Shown here: positions 8,618-14,830 of the stretch, piece after piece
How positions within the stretch are numbered: the stretch's first letter is position 1
Layout: the number at the start of each line of letters is the position of its first letter
From: a bacterium
GTDB lineage: Bacteria; Bacillota; Clostridia; TANB77; RGIG9151
Reading direction: 5' to 3'
Length of the DNA stretch: 15,997 nucleotides
Assembly (NCBI GenBank): GCA_963635575.1
Contig: CAVHFU010000032.1
Coordinates: 1-15,997, forward strand
Notes under the pieces: model-generated
What the model was told of the DNA's origin: nothing
Databases searched by the model: none
Seen by the model: only the letters and a program-made list of their open reading frames with translations
Program-made: the position numbers and the translations under genes

Positions 8618-10324
8618 ATGGAGGAATATTTAGAATTTAAAAATGCAAAATGTAAAGACTGTTATAAATGCCTAAGAGAATGCCCCGTAAAAGCTATAAA
8701 AGTTGTGGATCACCAAGCTAAAATTATAAAGGAAAGATGTATTTTGTGTGGCAAATGCACTAAGGTTTGCCCACAAAATGCAAAACGAGTACACAGTTCT
8801 AAAGACGAAGTGCTAGAGTTAATAAGGAATAATAAAAAAGTTGTGGCAAGTATTGCACCTTCATTTGTTTCAAGTTTTAAAGTAAAAGATTTTTCTATTA
8901 TGAAAATTGCTTTATGTAAGCTTGGCTTTTTCGATGCAGAAGAGACTTCAATCGGAGCAAATGTAGTAGTCCAAGAATATGAAAAGCTTTTAAAAAGTGG
9001 AAAGTATAAGAACTTTATTACGTCTGCCTGTCCGGCTATAAATAGGATGATACAAATTTATTATCCTAAAGTATTACCTTATTTAGCTCCTGTTGATACT
9101 CCGGCTGTTGTACACGCTAAAATGATTAAAGAAGCGGATAGTGAAGCAAAAGTTGTTTTCATAGGACCTTGCATAGCAAAAAAGATGGAAGGTAAAGAAA
9201 GCAAGGTTATAGATGGTGTATTGACTTTTGAAGAACTTTTAGAGTTATTTAATGAAAATAACATTGATCTGTCAATGATTTCTGATGTGTCTGTTGATGA
9301 GGATAAGAAGATTACAAACAGAGCGAAGTATTTCCCTATTAGCAGAGGAATTATAAAGTCTTTTGCTACATTACCTGAGGGGTATGAGTATATAGCTATT
9401 GACGGAGTTGAACGTTGCTTTGAAGTATTAAATAGTATGGATGAGCTTTCCGGTATATTCTTAGAGATTAATAGTTGTGCGGGAGCTTGTATAAACGGGC
9501 CTTGTAGCTTGACAAAGGAAAAGGAATGTATAAACTCAAATGCTACAATAAGGAACTATGTAAAAAAAGAATTAGAAAACAGTATCGGAAATGAAAAGGT
9601 GCAATATGACTTAGATTTTACTAAAGAATACGATAGATTAAGGGCTGGTGATATTCCGGGAACAGATAAGCAAATCGAGGCTATACTAGCTAAGACCGGA
9701 AAACTAAAACCGGAAGATGAGCTAAACTGCGGTGTGTGTGGTTATTCTACTTGCCGTGCAAAAGCTTGGGCGGTACTAAATGGATATGCAGATATTGATA
9801 TGTGTCTTCCATATATGAGGAAGAAAGCGGAATCTATGTCATATGAAATTATTCAAAATAGTCCAAACGGAATTATAGTTGTAGATAATGAATTAAAAAT
9901 TGTGGATATAAATGCGAAGGCAATGGAACTTGGCGGTATGATAGGGTATGATGTTAAAGGTAAATATGTCGTTGATTACTTTGAGCCGACCGACTTTGTG
10001 TTTGCACTAAATGATGAAAAGAATGTTATAAGAAAGAAAATGTATATTCCAAAAACAAAATCTTATGTTGAACTTTCTGTTACCTATATGAAAGAGCATA
10101 AGACTATGTTTGCAATTATGAAGGATATTACAAGTGGTGTAAATTATAACGAGAAACTAAATAGTGTTAAGCAAGAAACTTTTAAAACCACAGATGAAGT
10201 TATAAACAAACAAATGAGAGTAGTTCAAGAAATTGCATCGTTACTTGGTGAAACTACGGCAGAGTCAAAAGTGGCATTGCTTAAGTTAAAGAAGACCTTG
10301 CAAGAGGAGGAGGAAGAAGAATGA
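8618..10324 (+). CDS. hydS: Sensory-type [FeFe]-hydrogenase-like protein (HydS/HfsB-like): 2x[4Fe-4S] ferredoxin domain, H-cluster domain, Cx2Cx4Cx16C motif, PAS domain
   Basis: N-terminus has CKDCYKCLRECP and CILCGKCTKVCP. H-domain motifs are TSACP (L1), GPCIAKKME (L2) and EINSCAGACING (L3). CGVCGYSTC-x16-C lies at 9728-9805. A PAS-like segment (NSPNGIIVVDNELKIVDINAKAMEL...) spans about 9833-10136. The C-terminus is a helical tail ending in EEEEEE. Confidence 0.85.
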   Translation: MEEYLEFKNAKCKDCYKCLRECPVKAIKVVDHQAKIIKERCILCGKCTKVCPQNAKRVHSSKDEVLELIRNNKKVVASIAPSFVSSFKVKDFSIMKIALCKLGFFDAEETSIGANVVVQEYEKLLKSGKYKNFITSACPAINRMIQIYYPKVLPYLAPVDTPAVVHAKMIKEADSEAKVVFIGPCIAKKMEGKESKVIDGVLTFEELLELFNENNIDLSMISDVSVDEDKKITNRAKYFPISRGIIKSFATLPEGYEYIAIDGVERCFEVLNSMDELSGIFLEINSCAGACINGPCSLTKEKECINSNATIRNYVKKELENSIGNEKVQYDLDFTKEYDRLRAGDIPGTDKQIEAILAKTGKLKPEDELNCGVCGYSTCRAKAWAVLNGYADIDMCLPYMRKKAESMSYEIIQNSPNGIIVVDNELKIVDINAKAMELGGMIGYDVKGKYVVDYFEPTDFVFALNDEKNVIRKKMYIPKTKSYVELSVTYMKEHKTMFAIMKDITSGVNYNEKLNSVKQETFKTTDEVINKQMRVVQEIASLLGETTAESKVALLKLKKTLQEEEEEE

Positions 10325-11481
10325 GCCTTTTTCTCGAATACGGATACACTTCTCTTAATAAAGTGGGAGAGGAATTGTGCGGGGATAATGTAGATATTGC
10401 AGTTAATGGAAAGTATACTACTTTGGTTTTAGCTGATGGTCTTGGAAGTGGGGTAAAGGCTAATATATTATCTACACTTACTTCTAAAATCTTATGTACA
10501 ATGATTTCTAATGATATAGACATTGAAGAATGTATTGAAACAATAATACAGTCATTGCCTGTTTGCAAAGTTAGAGGACTTGCATATTCCACATTTTCTG
10601 TTGTTCATATAGATAATGAAGGAAAAGGCTATTTAGTTGAATTTGATAATCCACAAGCGATTTATTTACACAATAATAAGGCTTTGGATTTTGAAAGAGA
10701 ACGACTTGATATTTTAGGAAAAGTTGTATATAAAACAGAAATTGAATTAGAGCCGTCCGATGTAATTGTGGTTATGTCGGATGGAACAGTTCATGCAGGA
10801 ATTGGAATGCTTCTTAATTTAGGATGGCAAAGGGCAGAAATTATGGAGTATTTAGAGAAAACAGTTACTCCAAAAATGTCTGCTAGGTGTATAGCTTGTT
10901 TACTTGCATCTGCTTGTAATGATTTATATCTTGATAAACCGGGCGATGACACTACTGTTGCAGCTGTTAGAATAAGAGAAAATTCTCAAATTAACATTAT
11001 GGTAGGCCCACCGGTAGATAAGTCTAGAGATAACGAGTATATAGGTGAATTTATGCATATGCAAGGTAAGCATATCGTATGCGGAGGTACAAGTTCTCAG
11101 ATTGTTGCAAGATATTTAGGCGAAGAGCTTCATACAAGCTTAGACTTTTCAGATAAAGAAATTCCGCCTATTGCATTTATAAAAGGAATTGATTTAGTAA
11201 CAGAAGGTGTCATTACAATTAGAAAGCTTCTTAGTATGTCTGAAAAATATTTAGATGTCAAAGATGTTACGCCTAAGTATTATGTAAAAAATGATGGGGC
11301 ATCTTTACTGGCAGAAGCCTTATTTGAAGATGCAACAAATGTTAATTTTTTTGTTGGACAAAGTGTAAACGTAGCACATCAGGGGTTACCTATTGATACG
11401 ACGATGAAGCTAAAACTAGTTGAGTCATTATCCGAGAACTTAAAGAAAATGGGCAAAGTTGTTACTGTTAAGTATTTTTAG
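10321..11481 (+). CDS. PP2C/SpoIIE-family serine phosphatase with an unassigned ~165-aa C-terminal domain
   Basis: 386 aa. Metal-ligand blocks CGDN, LADGLGSG, MSDG and GDDTT are typical of SpoIIE/RsbU-type PP2C. The ATG overlaps the hydS stop (ATGA, 10321-10324). GGAGGA lies 6 nt upstream. Confidence 0.85.
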   Translation: MSLFLEYGYTSLNKVGEELCGDNVDIAVNGKYTTLVLADGLGSGVKANILSTLTSKILCTMISNDIDIEECIETIIQSLPVCKVRGLAYSTFSVVHIDNEGKGYLVEFDNPQAIYLHNNKALDFERERLDILGKVVYKTEIELEPSDVIVVMSDGTVHAGIGMLLNLGWQRAEIMEYLEKTVTPKMSARCIACLLASACNDLYLDKPGDDTTVAAVRIRENSQINIMVGPPVDKSRDNEYIGEFMHMQGKHIVCGGTSSQIVARYLGEELHTSLDFSDKEIPPIAFIKGIDLVTEGVITIRKLLSMSEKYLDVKDVTPKYYVKNDGASLLAEALFEDATNVNFFVGQSVNVAHQGLPIDTTMKLKLVESLSENLKKMGKVVTVKYF

Positions 11482-11493
11482 GGGAGGTATATT

Positions 11494-12027
11494 ATGAGAG
11501 TTCTTATAGCATCAGATATTCATGGTTCCGAGTTCTTTATGAGGAAGTTAATGGAACGATATGCAAAAGAGAATGTTGAACAACTTATTTTGTTAGGAGA
11601 TTTATATTATCATGGCCCGAGAAATTCTTTGCCTGAAGGATATAACTCACAAAAGGTAGCGGACATCTTAAATAATATTTCGGACAAAATTTTATGTGTT
11701 AGAGGAAATTGCGATAGTGAGGTAGATGAGATGATTTCAAAGTTTCATTTTACTGAGAACTTGCAATTATATATAAACAATAAAAAAGTATTCCTCACAC
11801 ATGGTCATAAACTAGATGAGGAAAACTTGGTAAATGCTTATGACATCATTATCTATGGTCATTTGCATACCGGATTTATTAAAAAAGTGAAAAATACAAT
11901 AGTGGCTAATACAGGTTCGGTGTCACTACCTAAGAACAAAACAGCCAATAGCTACATAATTCTTGATGATAACAGAATAGAGTTGAAAGATTTAGCAGGA
12001 AATTTAATTGAAAGTGAGGATTTTTAG
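11494..12027 (+). CDS. yfcE: YfcE / MJ0936-family metallophosphoesterase (phosphodiesterase)
   Basis: 177 aa. Motifs SDIHGS, LLGDLYYHGPRNSLPEGY, VRGNCDSEVD, LTHGH, YGHLH and NTGSVSLPK are collinear with E. coli YfcE as I remember it. GGAGG lies 6 nt upstream of the ATG. Confidence 0.85.
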   Translation: MRVLIASDIHGSEFFMRKLMERYAKENVEQLILLGDLYYHGPRNSLPEGYNSQKVADILNNISDKILCVRGNCDSEVDEMISKFHFTENLQLYINNKKVFLTHGHKLDEENLVNAYDIIIYGHLHTGFIKKVKNTIVANTGSVSLPKNKTANSYIILDDNRIELKDLAGNLIESEDF

Positions 12028-12028
12028 G

Positions 12029-13462
12029 ATGAAAAAGTTTGATACAAAAGTTCAACATCTTAAATATAAAGTTTTAAGGGAGGTAATAAAAAAGGCAGAT
12101 GCAGACGATTTACAAAATGTCTATCGCGATGTGCCAAACATTGTAGTACCTGGTCCTAAGGCAAGTATGAGATGTTGTATATATAAAGAAAGAGCTATTG
12201 TTCAAGAAAGAATTAAAATGGCTCTTGGTGGAGACAAGGAAAATCCTAATGTTGTTGAAGTTATAGATATAGCATGTGATGAATGTCCAATTGAAGGAAT
12301 GTTGGTGACACAAGCATGCCGTGGATGTATAGTTAACAGATGTACAGAAGTATGTCCTAGGGGAGCTATTAGCATTATCAACAAGAAGGCTGTAATAGAC
12401 AAAGAAAAATGTGTAGAATGTGGCTTATGTACGAAAGCTTGCCCATATTCAGCTATTATTGCTCAAAAAAGACCTTGTGTAAATAGTTGCAAAGTTAAAG
12501 CCATTAGTATGGGAGAAGATAAAAAGGCTGTAATAGATAATGACAAGTGTATTTCTTGTGGTGCTTGTGTTTACCAATGCCCATTTGGCGCTATTGTGGA
12601 CAAGTCTTTAATTATGGAAGTATTAAAGATATTAAAGGATTCTGACAATAATAAGAACTACAATGTTTATGCGGTTATTGCTCCTTCAATTGTTAGCCAG
12701 TTTAAGTATGCAAAAATTGAACAAATCATTACCGGTATCAAGAAGTTAGGATTCCACCATGTAGTTGAAGCTGCATTGGGTGCAGACATTACTTTATATC
12801 ACGAATTAGGAGAGCTAAAAGAAAAAGGTGTTATGACCACATCTTGTTGTCCATCATTCGTTATGTTTATTGAGAAGAATTTCCCTGAATTAACTAAATA
12901 TATTTCAAGTTCTGTTTCTCCAATGGTTGAGACAGCTAAGCTGATTAAGAGATCTGATCCTACTGCAAAGGTTATTTTCATAGGACCTTGTTCTAGCAAA
13001 AAACGTGAGTATAAGTTGCCTAAGACTGGAGGAGCTATTGATAGTGTTTTATCATTTGAGGAATTACAAGCGTTCTTTGATGCTAGGGAAATAGATATTG
13101 CATCATTAGAAGAATCCTCTTTAGATAATGCATCTTATTACGGAAGAATATTTGCAAAGTCAGGTGGTATTGCTAAGGGTGTACGTGAAATCGGAGAAAG
13201 TATGGGACTTGATGTAAAACCTGCAGTAATGAATGGAATTGATGAATGCAGAGCTAATTTATTAAGATTAAAAGCTAATAAAGCTGTTGAAAATTTCTTT
13301 GAAGGAATGGCTTGTGACGGTGGATGCTTAAATGGTGCGTTGTGCTTAAGCCATGGCCCTAAAAATGCAGCTGATGTAGATAAGTATGGTGAGGATGCTA
13401 AAGAAAAGAGCATAGATAATTCTGTAAGGTTATATGAAATGAGCCTTAAGAAATCTGAATAG
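12029..13462 (+). CDS. hydA: Catalytic-type monomeric [FeFe]-hydrogenase with multi-[4Fe-4S] N-terminus (HydA2/HfsD-like, group B-like)
   Basis: Canonical H-cluster motifs TSCCPSF (12839-12853), GPCSSKKRE and EGMACDGGCLNG. N-terminal cluster motifs are CRGCIVNRCTEVCP, CVECGLCTKACP and CISCGACVYQCP. ATG 12029 lies 8 nt after GTGAGGA and 1 nt after the yfcE stop. It is preferred over the tracked TTG 12008, which lies inside yfcE. Confidence 0.9.
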   Translation: MKKFDTKVQHLKYKVLREVIKKADADDLQNVYRDVPNIVVPGPKASMRCCIYKERAIVQERIKMALGGDKENPNVVEVIDIACDECPIEGMLVTQACRGCIVNRCTEVCPRGAISIINKKAVIDKEKCVECGLCTKACPYSAIIAQKRPCVNSCKVKAISMGEDKKAVIDNDKCISCGACVYQCPFGAIVDKSLIMEVLKILKDSDNNKNYNVYAVIAPSIVSQFKYAKIEQIITGIKKLGFHHVVEAALGADITLYHELGELKEKGVMTTSCCPSFVMFIEKNFPELTKYISSSVSPMVETAKLIKRSDPTAKVIFIGPCSSKKREYKLPKTGGAIDSVLSFEELQAFFDAREIDIASLEESSLDNASYYGRIFAKSGGIAKGVREIGESMGLDVKPAVMNGIDECRANLLRLKANKAVENFFEGMACDGGCLNGALCLSHGPKNAADVDKYGEDAKEKSIDNSVRLYEMSLKKSE

Positions 13463-13497
13463 AAGTTGGAAATTACAAATAAACTTCACAAAAAAAG

Positions 13498-13525
13498 TTG
13501 ACAAAAATGGAATTATGTATATAAT
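13498..13525 (+). promoter_or_regulatory. Near-consensus sigma-A promoter for the orphan gene
   Basis: -35 TTGACA (13498-13503), 16-nt spacer, -10 TATAAT (13520-13525). Confidence 0.65.
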
Positions 13526-13589
13526 AGAAGATGTAAGTAAGGAATAAATGTTTAACCTATCCATTTTTTTGGAGGGAGGATGTAGTAAA

Positions 13590-14102
13590 ATGGAGACTGG
13601 TAAGAAGAGGTATCCAAATATTTTAATAGAAGGAGAAAATCGTATGAAGTATAATAATCCGGAGGCTTTGGAAAGAAAGTTAAGAGGCATCATTGAGAAA
13701 AGACGTGAAGATGAAGCAAAGGTTAAAGAAGTTCCACATGAGGTGATGTATGACAGGATGGTTCAGGAAGCTGTTCTAGTTATTACGAGCCAATGGGAAA
13801 CACAGTGCAAGTTTTATAGTATCGAGAGAGGTACTGAACTAGTAGCAAGGGCTTTTTTCGTTGTTGAAAATACACTTCACCTCTATAGTGATATTTTTGG
13901 GGTAATTAATCCTAAAACAGGAAAGAGTTGCTTTTATGAGGGATTTAAGTTTGAGTCTATGGACGAATTCTGGAAGTATGTAGAGGATGTTAAAAAGCAG
14001 CTTCCCGAACAAACGGGAGTTATGAAGAAAAGGAAGGAAAATACAACAGTATTTTCCGATGGGCCGGAGGTGCACGTATCCTTCACCTTTAAGATCGAAT
14101 AA
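13590..14102 (+). CDS. Hypothetical protein, no family recognised
   Basis: The ORF runs to the stop at 14100-14102. There are two plausible starts: ATG 13590, 9 nt after GGAGGGAGGA, and ATG 13644, 8 nt after AGGAG. The gene is bracketed by a consensus promoter and a strong terminator. Confidence 0.6.
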   Translation: METGKKRYPNILIEGENRMKYNNPEALERKLRGIIEKRREDEAKVKEVPHEVMYDRMVQEAVLVITSQWETQCKFYSIERGTELVARAFFVVENTLHLYSDIFGVINPKTGKSCFYEGFKFESMDEFWKYVEDVKKQLPEQTGVMKKRKENTTVFSDGPEVHVSFTFKIE

Positions 14103-14109
14103 AAACTTT

Positions 14110-14142
14110 ATACAGTTGGCGAAAGCCAACTGTATTTTTTTC
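14110..14142 (+). terminator. Rho-independent terminator
   Basis: 11-bp stem atacagttggc / gccaactgtat with a GAAA tetraloop, followed by a T7 run (14135-14141). Confidence 0.85.
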
Positions 14143-14212
14143 TTTTTAAATATATTGAGGCAAACATAGTGGAATGATATGATGTAGAAGAATATTAAGG
14201 AGATGAATTAAT

Positions 14213-14626
14213 ATGTGGATTCTATTTGCAATACTTTCGTCTGTTTTTGCTGCTGCAACATCAATTTTAGCTAAAATTGGAATAGATGGAGTTAATTCTA
14301 ATTTAGCTACTGCTATAAGAACAGTTGTTGTAGTTGTTATGGCATGGGGAATGGTTTTCCTTACAAATGCACAAAGTGGAGTAACTGAAATTAGTAAGAA
14401 AAGTTGGATATTTTTAATTTTATCAGGTCTTGCGACTGGGGCATCTTGGCTTTGTTATTATAGGGCTCTACAAATAGGGGATGTGTCTAAAGTAGCACCT
14501 ATTGATAAATTAAGCATTGTAATTACACTGATTTTGGCGTTTGTTATTTTACATGAGGAGTTTACGACTAAGTCAATTATAGGTGCTGTACTAATTACGG
14601 CAGGTACATTTGCTATGATTTTTTGA
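14213..14626 (+). CDS. Small single-domain EamA/DMT-family membrane protein (4-5 TM helices)
   Basis: 137 aa and highly hydrophobic. The pattern ...SILAKIGIDGVNSNLATAIRT...WLCYYRALQIGDVSKVAPIDKLS... is typical of about 140-aa EamA-like transporters. AAGGAG lies upstream. Confidence 0.8.
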   Translation: MWILFAILSSVFAAATSILAKIGIDGVNSNLATAIRTVVVVVMAWGMVFLTNAQSGVTEISKKSWIFLILSGLATGASWLCYYRALQIGDVSKVAPIDKLSIVITLILAFVILHEEFTTKSIIGAVLITAGTFAMIF

Positions 14627-14689
14627 AAATATGAATATAAAAGCGTTTTATGGGTAAGCTAATATGGAAATGTGAAGGTTATGTGAAAA

Positions 14690-14716
14690 TTAGCACTCTA
14701 TACTTGACAGTGCTAA
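14690..14716 (+). promoter_or_regulatory. CIRCE element (HrcA operator)
   Basis: TTAGCACTC-N9-CAGTGCTAA against the consensus TTAGCACTC-N9-GAGTGCTAA, so 17 of 18 arm positions match. Confidence 0.85.
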
Positions 14717-14731
14717 TCTTGATGATATAAT
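14704..14731 (+). promoter_or_regulatory. sigma-A promoter of the Hsp20 gene, overlapped by CIRCE
   Basis: -35 TTGACA (14704-14709, inside the CIRCE spacer and right arm), 16-nt spacer, extended -10 TGaTATAAT (14723-14731). Confidence 0.7.
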
Positions 14732-14830
14732 TGGTAATGTAAGAGATAAGAAGATACCTCTTACAGAGAAAATTAAATATGTGCTACCTGAAATGGTGTC
14801 AACACATAAATATGAAAGGGAGAGATTTAT

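Noticed and set aside
12008-12028. TTG 12008 as the hydA start.
   Set aside because: It lies inside yfcE and lacks an SD. ATG 12029 follows GTGAGGA by 8 nt and lies 1 nt after the yfcE stop.
13473-13490. TTCACAA half-site just upstream of the orphan-gene promoter, considered as a Rex box.
   Set aside because: The partner half-site (TACAAAT) does not form the required palindrome. An isolated heptamer in AT-rich DNA is expected by chance.
326-13693. Antisense and shadow ORFs in the six-frame track: 62-247(-), 326-739(-), 651-923(-), 2917-3123(-), 3183-3458(-), 3634-4026(+), 4738-4974(+), 9079-9264(-), 10281-10592(-), 12110-12402(-), 12799-12999(-), 13138-13413(-), 13430-13693(-), 13839-14129(-), 15020-15406(-), 15602-15811(-).
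   Set aside because: All lie opposite or overlapping strongly supported genes. They have low-complexity or odd composition, no SD, and no recognisable family.
14650-14730. A 26-codon ORF (MGKLIWKCEGYVKISTLYLTVLILMI) spanning the CIRCE/promoter region.
   Set aside because: It has no SD and overlaps clear regulatory DNA. It is most likely a chance ORF.
14738-14765. An 8-bp hairpin tgtaagag/ctcttaca at the 5' end of the hsp20 leader, considered as an RNA thermometer.
   Set aside because: It does not sequester the SD (14816-14824) or the start codon and has no fourU or ROSE-like features.
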